DNA of 34,822 nt from Desulfobacterales bacterium. Its GTDB lineage: Bacteria > Desulfobacterota > Desulfobacteria > Desulfobacterales > UBA11574. The notes beneath the pieces were generated by a model, which had not been told where the DNA came from, did no database searches, and saw only the letters and a list, made by a program, of their open reading frames with translations. How positions within the stretch are numbered: position 1 is the first letter of the stretch; each line of letters begins with the position of its first letter. The stretch covers positions 1-34,822 of the forward strand of contig JAAXQD010000116.1 in assembly GCA_012974475.1 (NCBI GenBank), written 5' to 3'. The translations under genes and the position numbers were made by a program. Shown piece after piece: positions 1 through 7,999 of this stretch.

Positions 1-1
1 G

Positions 2-271
2 CTCGGTGAAATCTACTATGAGCGTCGTGATTTGGATCAAGCCGAGGACATGTTCAACAAGAGTTTAGAAATAGAAGAAGTGCTTGATAACAAGGGCGCT
101 GTGGCAACCGCCTGCGGCTTCTTGGGAGACATTTGCCGCATCCGAAACCAGTTTGACCAAGCCGAAGAAATGTATAAAAAAGGATTGGCGCTTTTTGAAG
201 CCATTGGATCCGAGCGTATGATAGAAATCATGCAGACAATGCTGACAAATCTAAAAAATAGGAAAGAATAA
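2..271 (+). CDS. TPR-repeat protein, C-terminal fragment (5' end lies outside the window)
   Basis: Frame 2 is open from nt 2 (LGEIYYERRDLDQAEDMFNKSLEI...). The periodic small/aromatic helical-pair pattern is typical of 34-aa TPR units. Stop TAA at 269-271. The track ORF 32..271 is only the part after an internal TTG. Confidence 0.6.
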   Translation, partial: LGEIYYERRDLDQAEDMFNKSLEIEEVLDNKGAVATACGFLGDICRIRNQFDQAEEMYKKGLALFEAIGSERMIEIMQTMLTNLKNRKE

Positions 272-683
272 GGGTTAACCCCTTTCACACAGCCAACACT
301 CATCTGCCCCATCACCTGTAAGCGCTCCTTACTTCTGATGATATAACGCCGAAACAGTGAAAAACTGTCAGAAACAGGACAAATTTTGTCAAATATTATC
401 ATGCGGTTGGGCTCCATCAATTCTCACAATAAAGTTAACCATCCGATATCTTGCGATTATTAAGTATTTCAATCGGAATGTTAATCTTTGCACGATTTTT
501 GCTTCATATAAGTTTAATCCATTGGAGTTCTCGGGTGCGCGTGCATCTTTTCGGCCGGGTTTCTTCAAAATTTAAATAAAAAGAGAAGATATGCCCCGGC
601 GTTAACAACGGTATTTCGGGAGACCATGGTTTGCGGCGGAGGCCTTGTAGGATCCTATATTTTTTTCGATAATCTTTGGACAG

Positions 684-708
684 GGCGATTCAGCTGAATC
701 GCCTTTTT
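684..708 (+). terminator. Rho-independent terminator
   Basis: Perfect palindrome GGCGATTCAG/CTGAATCGCC (684-703) is followed directly by TTTTT (704-708). On the minus strand no U-run follows the hairpin, so it is oriented plus. Confidence 0.55.
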
Positions 709-710
709 CG

Positions 711-739
711 TTGCTACCCGATCAGACGGCTTCTAAATT
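711..739 (+). promoter_or_regulatory. Candidate sigma-70 promoter for the PilZ gene
   Basis: TTGCTA (711-716), a 17-nt spacer, then TAAATT (734-739). Each hexamer matches consensus at 4 of 6 positions. It sits just after the terminator and 48 nt before the ATG at 787. Confidence 0.25.
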
Positions 740-786
740 TCAATCCCGGACAATAGATCATTCCGGTACCCAGAAGGGGTAGAAAC

Positions 787-1347
787 ATGACATTTGCAGA
801 CAGAAGAAAACATGCGAGATTCAAAACAAACGACCCCATATCTTATGTTTGTGTAGACGATAATGGCAGCCCGATAAAAGAGGGAAAAGGAAAGGCGATA
901 AACGTCAGTAAAGGGGGTATCCTCATAGAAACTGCCGACGCGTTTAAATGGCAAGATCTTCTGCTGTTGACCGTCGATGTTAAACGTAAATCTCTGAGTG
1001 TCAAAGGTCGGGTCGTTTATTCCAATACAGACGGTTCCGGACTGTTTCAGACTGGACTCGAGTTCCTTGAAACCGGAGAAGTTATTCTGACCGAGGAGAT
1101 GACCATTGAACCTTGGAAGTGCCCTGAATGTGGTCAGAGAAACGATGGACTCTCAACCCACTGCATTCGATGTGGGTATACCGATGAAGCCTTTGTCCAG
1201 GTACAGAGAAAACTGGCTGCAGAAAGTATTGAGAAAGCGCGAAAACAACAAAAAAAACTTATCTTGTCTTATGTATATGCCATCTTTGGCATTATCGTCG
1301 TCGGTATGTTTTTGTATTTGATAGGGGTATTGCCGCGGCTTGATTGA
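787..1347 (+). CDS. PilZ-domain protein with C-terminal zinc ribbon and one TM helix (putative c-di-GMP receptor)
   Basis: SD AAGGGG (774-779) lies 7 nt before the ATG. It has RRxxxR (RRKHAR, aa 6-11) and NxSxxG (NVSKGG, aa 39-44) c-di-GMP-binding signatures. It also has CPEC-N10-CIRC and a C-terminal hydrophobic stretch LILSYVYAIFGIIVVGMFLYLIGVL. Confidence 0.8.
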   Translation: MTFADRRKHARFKTNDPISYVCVDDNGSPIKEGKGKAINVSKGGILIETADAFKWQDLLLLTVDVKRKSLSVKGRVVYSNTDGSGLFQTGLEFLETGEVILTEEMTIEPWKCPECGQRNDGLSTHCIRCGYTDEAFVQVQRKLAAESIEKARKQQKKLILSYVYAIFGIIVVGMFLYLIGVLPRLD

Positions 1348-1405
1348 AGTTAAAACGGCAACATGGAAACGATGGTCATATAAAATAACGTTGAAAGGCA
1401 AAGGT

Positions 1406-2401
1406 ATGCAACCGGATAACAAAATTTATGTCTGGCAAAATAACCAGGACCGCCGGGAGAAACTTGTCGATGGGATCCTGGTTAAGGATTATGATCGAAG
1501 ACAGCAAGATGATCCCAATTACACCGGCCCTGAAAGACGCAGCGGCGAGAATAGAAGAGTTGCAAGAGATGCGAAAACGATCCTGCTGGTTACAGACAAT
1601 CCCGACGATGAACGGGTGGCACTCGATGCATTCCAAAAAAATAATATTGTAAACGAGCTGGTGGTTGCCAGAGATGGGGCCGAAGCCCTTGACTATTTGT
1701 CGGGCAGCGGGATCTATGCGGATTGTGACCGGTGCATAGTGCCTCACGTTATTTTGTTGGATTTGAATCTTCAAAAAATAGATAGTTTGGAAGTATTGAA
1801 GAATTTGCACGAGGATGAACGGACGAATCTGATCCCTGTGGTTGCCTTTACCTCCACCGAGGATCGTCGGGATCTAACGGATTGTTACCGGTTGGGGGTC
1901 AATAGTTTTATACGTAAACCAGCGAATCCAGTCCAACTTGCGGAGATTATCGGCCAGCTGGATCGGTACTGGCTGGCGTTGAACGAATCCCCCCCACCGG
2001 AGAAAGAGTTTAGGAACAAACCCATCCGCGTATTGATCGCCGAGGACTCTGAAGATGATGTCTTGCTGCTTGTCCGTCAATTGAAGAAAGACGGCTATAA
2101 CCCGGCCTACCATCAGGTGGACACCGCTGAAGCCATGAGCAAAGCCTTGGACAAAGAGGCATGGGATGTTATCTTGTGCGATAATTCAATGCCCGGCTTC
2201 AGTCCGTTCGATGCGTTGGGTATAACCTCCGAGAAGCGGCTTAATGTACCATTCATCATTGTAACAGGAGCGATTGCGTATGAAGATGCAGTTGTGATGA
2301 TGGACGCCGGAGCACACGATTACATATTGAAAAACGATCTTGCCGAACTTGCTCCTGCTATCGATCGTGCATGGGGTAAAGTTAAGAATCTTAAAGAATA
2401 A
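1406..2401 (+). CDS. Response regulator with two receiver (REC) domains and no output domain
   Basis: REC1: ILLVTDNPDD...ILLDLNLQKIDS...VVAFTS...FIRKP. REC2: VLIAEDSEDD...VILCDNSMPGFS...IIVTGA...DYILKN. ATG 1406 is preceded by GAAAGG. An alternative TTG start at 1340 overlaps the PilZ stop by 8 nt, as in the track ORF. Confidence 0.8.
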   Translation: MQPDNKIYVWQNNQDRREKLVDGILVKDYDRRQQDDPNYTGPERRSGENRRVARDAKTILLVTDNPDDERVALDAFQKNNIVNELVVARDGAEALDYLSGSGIYADCDRCIVPHVILLDLNLQKIDSLEVLKNLHEDERTNLIPVVAFTSTEDRRDLTDCYRLGVNSFIRKPANPVQLAEIIGQLDRYWLALNESPPPEKEFRNKPIRVLIAEDSEDDVLLLVRQLKKDGYNPAYHQVDTAEAMSKALDKEAWDVILCDNSMPGFSPFDALGITSEKRLNVPFIIVTGAIAYEDAVVMMDAGAHDYILKNDLAELAPAIDRAWGKVKNLKE

Positions 2402-2452
2402 AAGACCATTGGAGCTGAACTCCAACAGCTCGTTCAGTTCAATTACGCTGAG

Positions 2453-2890
2453 TTATTTGGGCATCAGTTTCCGATACGCTTCCTCTATTTCTTTAAAGCG
2501 ATTTTCTGCCAGTTCTCTGAACTCCTCTCCCAGATGGAATACCTTGTCCGGATGATATTTGTTGACGAGTTTCCTGTAAGCGGTTTTTATTTCTTCAGGA
2601 GATGCATTCCTGGGGACATTCAATACCATGTAGGGATCGTTTGAAGGACTTGGGCCCGGCCCATGCGCGTCTTTATCTGAAAAGCCGTTGTTACCCTCAA
2701 AGGATTGACGGTGGTGATGATAAAAATTCCGGGCATTGGATTGTTTTTGGAGGAGATTTTTCACAAATCGCCACAAAAAGAACAGAAGGATCAAGTCATC
2801 GATCCAGCCCCACCCGACTATAAAATCGGGAAGAATGTCATAGGGGCTCAAAATATAAATTAACCCTATAATGATCAGCAGATATTTCAT
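2453..2890 (-). CDS. DUF1232 (YkvA-like) membrane module fused to a C-terminal J domain
   Basis: N-terminus [22 protein letters not shown] is the DUF1232 core. C-terminus [32 protein letters not shown] carries the HPD tripeptide of a J domain. I chose ATG 2890; the track start at 2941 is a TTG. Confidence 0.75.
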   Translation of the reverse strand: MKYLLIIIGLIYILSPYDILPDFIVGWGWIDDLILLFFLWRFVKNLLQKQSNARNFYHHHRQSFEGNNGFSDKDAHGPGPSPSNDPYMVLNVPRNASPEEIKTAYRKLVNKYHPDKVFHLGEEFRELAENRFKEIEEAYRKLMPK

Positions 2891-3098
2891 TCTCAAAATC
2901 TTCGCATATGGGTGACGCCGTGAGATAAAAGCATACCACAAAACAGGAAAATTATCAGGTCATCCTTAAAATTCCACAGGACAAACCAAATGGGAGAGTT
3001 CACCTGGGAACAAATATTCTGCTCGTTGACGCGACCTATTTCGGATGTTGACTTCCCCCAGCTAAAATTCAGATGCATTTTCCCTGAAAAAAGTGGGG

Positions 3099-4259
3099 TT
3101 ATTTCACCCGGATTCGCTGTACCGCGATCAAGGAAATCATACTCAGAAATGCCCCGAACACAAAGGGAATGCGGTAATCGATGATCCACAGCAGTCCGCC
3201 GACCACCGGAAGCGCCACCGCTGCAATATGATTGATCGTGAAACCCACCGCCATGCTCGGAGCGATGTCTCTGGGATCTGCCACCTTTTGAAAATAGGTG
3301 CGAATTGCAATGGCAAAATTAAAGAAAATGTGGTCGAGTATGTAAAGTCCCGCCACCAGCATCTTGGAATCTACGAAGGCATATGCCAGAAAAATGAATA
3401 TGAGGCTGAAATATTCGCAAGAGAGCACCTTTCTTTCACCGAAGCGGATGATAGATCTGCCGATAAGCGGACTGATGAAATAGTTAATCAAATTGTTGAG
3501 CACGAAAAGGAGGGTCACCTCTCGAACCGTAAAATGAAAATTTTTCACCAGTAGAAAGACAGCAAATGCGATGAAAATCTGGCGTCTGGCGCCGGCCATA
3601 AAGGTAAGGAAATAAAAGAGCCAGTATTTTTTCCGAAAGACCATTTTCTTTCGCTGAGGAACCATGTTTCGGTCAACAGGATTTTGAAAAAAGCTCCAAA
3701 TGCCGGCAGCCACGATCATGCCGCCCACCGCCAGATAGATTTGATTAAAATCTAAAACAGGCGCTATAACAAAAATAATAAGACCGATCCCGATGTTGGA
3801 TGCCGAGGCAAAAGCGCGCTGTTTTCCGAATACCCATGGAGATGTCGCTGTATCGAAGTATTGGAGCGTCAAGGATTGATTGACGGTTTCATAATAATGA
3901 AATCCGAAACTCATGATCAGGGTGGTAACAATGAGCCCTCCAAAAGAAGGAAAAAAGCCCGTGGCTGCGACGCCGATCCCCAGTATGAGCGTCGACAGGG
4001 CTGCCAGACGATACTCCTTGAGGAACATGATGATAAACACCGCCAGCAGTGCCAGAAACCCGGGAATCTCCCTCACGGATTGAATCATTCCCACGTGTTC
4101 GCCGTCCAGACCGACGACCATGACTGCGAAATTGTCGAATAGGGTCCGCCATGCTTGCAGCCCGACAGCAGAACTGATGGTCAGCACCATGAGATACCGA
4201 TACATGGGGTTTTGCTTGGCGGCATTAAGTTTTAGATCCTGCAATCCTGGTTGTTTCAT
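3099..4259 (-). CDS. MFS-type transporter
   Basis: The 386-aa protein is hydrophobic throughout, with roughly 11-12 predicted helices and a central basic loop (VPQRKKMVFRKK) between two halves. Confidence 0.7.
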   Translation of the reverse strand: MKQPGLQDLKLNAAKQNPMYRYLMVLTISSAVGLQAWRTLFDNFAVMVVGLDGEHVGMIQSVREIPGFLALLAVFIIMFLKEYRLAALSTLILGIGVAATGFFPSFGGLIVTTLIMSFGFHYYETVNQSLTLQYFDTATSPWVFGKQRAFASASNIGIGLIIFVIAPVLDFNQIYLAVGGMIVAAGIWSFFQNPVDRNMVPQRKKMVFRKKYWLFYFLTFMAGARRQIFIAFAVFLLVKNFHFTVREVTLLFVLNNLINYFISPLIGRSIIRFGERKVLSCEYFSLIFIFLAYAFVDSKMLVAGLYILDHIFFNFAIAIRTYFQKVADPRDIAPSMAVGFTINHIAAVALPVVGGLLWIIDYRIPFVFGAFLSMISLIAVQRIRVK

Positions 4260-4494
4260 GAAAAGTCCGTTGTACGTTCCTTGGCATCAATTGTTTTCAC
4301 TCGAAGAACATCTTCTGTCTCAAAATATGATTTCCCTGGAAAGAAGAAAAACACGAATTTTAAGGTAAATAAAAACATTATGCAACACTTTATTCCGGCA
4401 CGAAAGCTGTCGCCGAAGCGAACATATTAAGGCGTTCATAAATTATTCGACATGGAGCAAATGCCCTTATTGTCGCGTAACCTTTTGGACGCTT

Positions 4495-6900
4495 CTATTT
4501 TTGCCCGATTAATTTGAACCGGCCGATGGCCAGCGCCAGAAAATAAGCTGAAATTGCCCCGATCAGGATTTCGGAAATACCGAAACTGAGAGCGATTTGT
4601 GCGGAAGCGACAGAGGCCAAGACCGAAGCACATCCGTTTGCCGTCCAGGCATATGCTCGCTGAGATGGAAAGTTTAAAAGGTGTTGCATGGCAAGAGGGA
4701 AGGGGAGGCCCATCAAGAATCCTGGGGGGATCAGAAGGAGCAGAGATAGGAGGTAACGAAAAATCGTAGAAAATCCCTGTATTCGATCTAAAATCGGATT
4801 TACGGCAAAGCACATGAAAATGAGAACCGAAATCAGTGCAGCAAGGGCATAGGGGAGATTTTTGGAACGTATCCGCTGTGACCAATATCCTCCCAATCCT
4901 GAAAAGAAAAGGATTCCCGCGAGAACGACGGTTAGACTGATCACCGGATCACCGAAAACAAATATGTATTCTTTGATAAAAAAGAGTTCCACAAACATAA
5001 AGCCGGCGCCCACTGAAAGAAAATAGAGAACTTGGGGGAAGTAAAACTTTCGGGTATTTTGGGGGATTGTAAAGAAGGAAAGCATTAAAAGGAGAACAGA
5101 GATCCCGAATGCTTCCAGAAAGACAACGGTAACGATAAGTTCGCCGGACATGAACAGTGAATAGAATCTGCTTCCGGTCATTTTGTAGAGCGCTTTCAAT
5201 CTTGTCCACTTTAAAAACCGGTAAGGGAAGGGCCGGTTGTCCGTTTGAGGGGAGACGTCAAGAGGGTAGGTTTCAAAGTATTTTTTTTCTGTTCCGGATC
5301 GGTAAGCATTTGCGAGCCGGTCGATTTCAAGAAAGTGATAGGGGGCATCAAAAATGTTAAAACGGTTCACCATGTTCCGGGAAATTCCAGGCATATAAAC
5401 CATATCGAAATTCATACGTTGTGCAAAGTTTTGAAGTTTGACCGTATTGTCGAGGGGTTGTTTCGATACGATGAGGGTAAAATGGCTCCAGTTGCGAAGG
5501 ACGGAAATGTGTTGTTCTGGATTTTCGGCGCCAAGGGATTTTAGGCTTTCATATACCCCGGCCCAGAGGCGGATCGAGTCGGACGGCGGGAGAAGAAGTT
5601 TGCGCGAAATAATGAGGACGCCCTTTCCCGTGAGGTGGCTGAAATATTCTGATAACGAATCGGTGGTAAAAAGATAATTCTGGGTTAGGGCGGCTGCGCC
5701 GGGAAGAGAGGTCCCCCAGTTTTCGATATGTATGATGTCGTATCGCCGTTGAGAACGGGCCAAAAATGCCCTGGGATTTTCATTGACAACCGGAATGTTG
5801 TAATGGCGCCGGACCCTATGAGCGATTTGGGGTTGTTGTTCGATAATTGTGATTTTACCGACGCCGGATGCCTTGGCGCACGGGATGCTCGATCCGCCGC
5901 CTTGTTGGATCAAAAGGATATTTTCCGGCGCCGGGTTCAGGAGGTACCCGGAATAGTAAAGCGTGAATCTGCAGGCGCTTTCGTCTGAACCAGGTTGAGG
6001 ATCATAAAGGAAGACGGGACTGTCTCCGTCTCGATACGTCACCATCTGATCCGGGAGTCGGCCTGTAAATTTAAGGCTCAAGCCGGGTGCGAATCGTATG
6101 TAGGGACTATTAACGGTGTCGAATCGACCCCTTATACCTGTGACGGTTTCGACAACCCGGGTTCGAGGAAACTGGAGTGTCTGGCTGAGTGCTTTGTATG
6201 GCGAGGGGTTTACGTGAACCAGGGTATCATTGTTTGTCATGACGAGTACGGCTGCAGCCAAAACAATTCCCAGACTGCACAACTGAAGGGTCAATGGATT
6301 TAAGGAAAAGATGTTTTTTGATGACGTATGTTTTTCAATAAAATTTGATCGTCTGAAAATTACCGCTGACAACGGAATGAGTGCTGTGTAGATAATAAGG
6401 TTTCCTTCATCGATAAACGGCAAAAGAAGGGCCGGAAGGACAGCCCCGCATGCTGAACCGACCATGCTCGCAAAGTAAACCGATCCGGTTTTTTCTGGGA
6501 AAGACGTGTAAGCAAGGGATACCACAAGACCGGTGAAAAAAAAGGGAAGCGCCAGAAAAAGATACGCCGTCAAAAGGTAAAGGGCCTGTACCGGTTCCAG
6601 GGGAAGCCGGAAGTAATCGAGGGGGATTCGATTCAAAACGATAAATGATGTGATGGCGGTAACCGTATAGAGAACAGTGAGTATTTTCACCGGCCCGGTT
6701 GAGGAAAGTTTTTTTTCCCAGCCGTTTATCCGCGCATCTATAATGTTAAGGAAGGTGCCGCCTGCGGCAAATCCAAAGAGTGTTATGCTGATGACCATGA
6801 AAGATAGATGGTTCCACTGGCTGATGGAAAAAACCCTTGCGAGGAGGACTTCAAAAGCGAGGGCTGACAGTGATAGTAAAAATACAGCCGCAGGTATCAT
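4495..6900 (-). CDS. Fused membrane/spermidine-synthase-like protein (two polytopic membrane modules flanking an aminopropyltransferase-like fold)
   Basis: ATG at 6900 (MIPAAVFLLSLSALAFEVLLARVF...). The central segment ILLIQQGGGSS...KITIIEQQPQIAHRVRRHY...RRYDIIHIE resembles the SpeE GGGDG / E-I-D / YDVII-D layout. The C-terminal half is a second multi-TM module. Track codons upstream of 6900 translate an intergenic repeat. Confidence 0.75.
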   Translation of the reverse strand: MIPAAVFLLSLSALAFEVLLARVFSISQWNHLSFMVISITLFGFAAGGTFLNIIDARINGWEKKLSSTGPVKILTVLYTVTAITSFIVLNRIPLDYFRLPLEPVQALYLLTAYLFLALPFFFTGLVVSLAYTSFPEKTGSVYFASMVGSACGAVLPALLLPFIDEGNLIIYTALIPLSAVIFRRSNFIEKHTSSKNIFSLNPLTLQLCSLGIVLAAAVLVMTNNDTLVHVNPSPYKALSQTLQFPRTRVVETVTGIRGRFDTVNSPYIRFAPGLSLKFTGRLPDQMVTYRDGDSPVFLYDPQPGSDESACRFTLYYSGYLLNPAPENILLIQQGGGSSIPCAKASGVGKITIIEQQPQIAHRVRRHYNIPVVNENPRAFLARSQRRYDIIHIENWGTSLPGAAALTQNYLFTTDSLSEYFSHLTGKGVLIISRKLLLPPSDSIRLWAGVYESLKSLGAENPEQHISVLRNWSHFTLIVSKQPLDNTVKLQNFAQRMNFDMVYMPGISRNMVNRFNIFDAPYHFLEIDRLANAYRSGTEKKYFETYPLDVSPQTDNRPFPYRFLKWTRLKALYKMTGSRFYSLFMSGELIVTVVFLEAFGISVLLLMLSFFTIPQNTRKFYFPQVLYFLSVGAGFMFVELFFIKEYIFVFGDPVISLTVVLAGILFFSGLGGYWSQRIRSKNLPYALAALISVLIFMCFAVNPILDRIQGFSTIFRYLLSLLLLIPPGFLMGLPFPLAMQHLLNFPSQRAYAWTANGCASVLASVASAQIALSFGISEILIGAISAYFLALAIGRFKLIGQK

Positions 6901-6909
6901 GGGATATTG

Positions 6910-7013
6910 GAATAATGGAGTGTTGGAGTATTGGGTTTTGAAGCTTTTGATTGAATTAGATTGTTTTCCGCTTTTAATACCCAACATTCCAATACTCCAG
7001 CACTCCATCATTC
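6910..7013. repeat. Imperfect 25-bp inverted repeat (REP-like palindromic element)
   Basis: GAATAATGGAGTGTTGGAGTATTGG (6910-6934) matches the reverse complement of 6989-7013 (GAATGATGGAGTGCTGGAGTATTGG) at 23 of 25 positions. The 12-mer TGGAATAATGGA recurs at 9343-9354. Confidence 0.6.
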
Positions 7014-7084
7014 TGGTTGGCATGTACGGTAGGCTTCACCCCTTTGGGGTGGCACCAAAGCCGGGTCCTCTGGGCCCGGATTCT

Positions 7085-7807
7085 TCACTTTTGGTCGAGG
7101 GCGTATCCTGTCATGGGAACAAAAAGAACACCGGTAATCTGCCGCACCCTATAATCGGTGCCGTGTTTTGTGATCAGGCTTAAGTTTTGATAACTGAATG
7201 GGTTTCCCAGGGGAAGAATGAGTCTCCCTCCGTCTTTGAGCTGTTTCAAAAGCGGCGGCGGGATGTGATCGATGGCCGCAGTTATCATGATACAGTCGAA
7301 GGGCGCTGCATCGGGCCATCCAAAGTAACCGTCCCCGTGGCGGGTCTTTACGTCCGTGTAACCCATTGTACGGAGTGTCTGACTGGCTGTGTCACACAGT
7401 TTTTTCTTAATTTCGATGGTATAAACATCTTTGGAGATGTTTGCGAGAATTGCAGCCTGGTAGCCTGAGCCGGTTCCGATTTCAAGAATTCGTTCGTATC
7501 CTTTGAGTCCAAGACTTTCGGTCATGAGGGCAACGACATACGGTTGGGAAATCGTCTGGCCCTGGCCGATGGGAAGAGGATGGTCTGCGTAGGCCCGGGA
7601 CACGAGATTCTTGGGCACGAACCTGTGTCGAGGCACTTCGGACATGGCCGTTATAACCTTTTTGTCGGATATACCCCGTCGACGGATCTGTGAAGAGACC
7701 ATTTTTTCCCTCGGCGCTTTGAATCCAAGGGAATCGTCCCGTATTTGGCCCGCAAGGAGTGCCGGAAAGAGTATGAGGATAGTGGCGGCAAGAGATGTTT
7801 TTTTCAT
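7085..7807 (-). CDS. pcm: Protein-L-isoaspartate O-methyltransferase
   Basis: [15 protein letters not shown] and [16 protein letters not shown] are PIMT and SAM-binding motifs. The N-terminal 35 aa resemble a signal peptide ([20 protein letters not shown]). An alternative SD-supported start lies at 7702. Confidence 0.85.
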   Translation of the reverse strand: MKKTSLAATILILFPALLAGQIRDDSLGFKAPREKMVSSQIRRRGISDKKVITAMSEVPRHRFVPKNLVSRAYADHPLPIGQGQTISQPYVVALMTESLGLKGYERILEIGTGSGYQAAILANISKDVYTIEIKKKLCDTASQTLRTMGYTDVKTRHGDGYFGWPDAAPFDCIMITAAIDHIPPPLLKQLKDGGRLILPLGNPFSYQNLSLITKHGTDYRVRQITGVLFVPMTGYALDQK

Positions 7808-7890
7808 GACAGCGGTTCAAATTTGCAGCGGCAACCTGCGTTTCTCATACCATTAAAATACGTTTTGGCACTGTTCTTGAGAAACGGAGA

Positions 7891-7986
7891 TCAAAAAAAA
7901 TGAAAAACCCTGTAAACAATGACACCCAGAATTGCCGCCGCCAGTAAGATGGTGAAAAGCATCTGATCGGTATTGAATCTTTTCAT
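7891..7986 (-). CDS. Possible 31-aa small membrane protein
   Basis: ATG lies 13 nt after the lysC stop. It encodes MKRFNTDQMLFTILLAAAILGVIVYRVFHFF, which has one hydrophobic helix. The SD is weak (GGGA). It is below the size cutoff of the ORF track. Confidence 0.2.
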   Translation of the reverse strand: MKRFNTDQMLFTILLAAAILGVIVYRVFHFF

Positions 7987-7999
7987 GCGTAATCCCGGG

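Noticed and set aside
357-575. 72-aa ORF in the TPR-PilZ spacer, and the antisense ORF 37..420.
   Set aside because: It has a non-ATG start, no SD and an AT-rich, Cys/Ile/Phe-biased translation typical of non-coding sequence. The 37..420 ORF is the shadow of the TPR gene.
2402-2452. CTGAAC/GTTCAG hairpin between the convergent dual-REC and J-domain genes, considered as a bidirectional terminator.
   Set aside because: It has only a 6-bp stem with a 14-nt loop and no flanking U or A run, which is too weak to call.
6901-7023. N-terminal 41 codons of track ORF 4495..7023 (MPTRMMECWSIGMLGIKSGKQSNSIKSFKTQYSNTPLFQYP).
   Set aside because: This is a translation of the palindromic intergenic repeat. 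The family-typical N-terminus starts at ATG 6900.
7866-7880. Sigma-54-like box TGGCAC-TGTTC-TTGA on the plus strand.
   Set aside because: The -12 GC is GA. There is no plus-strand gene downstream, so it would only drive antisense transcription into lysC. It is most likely a chance match.
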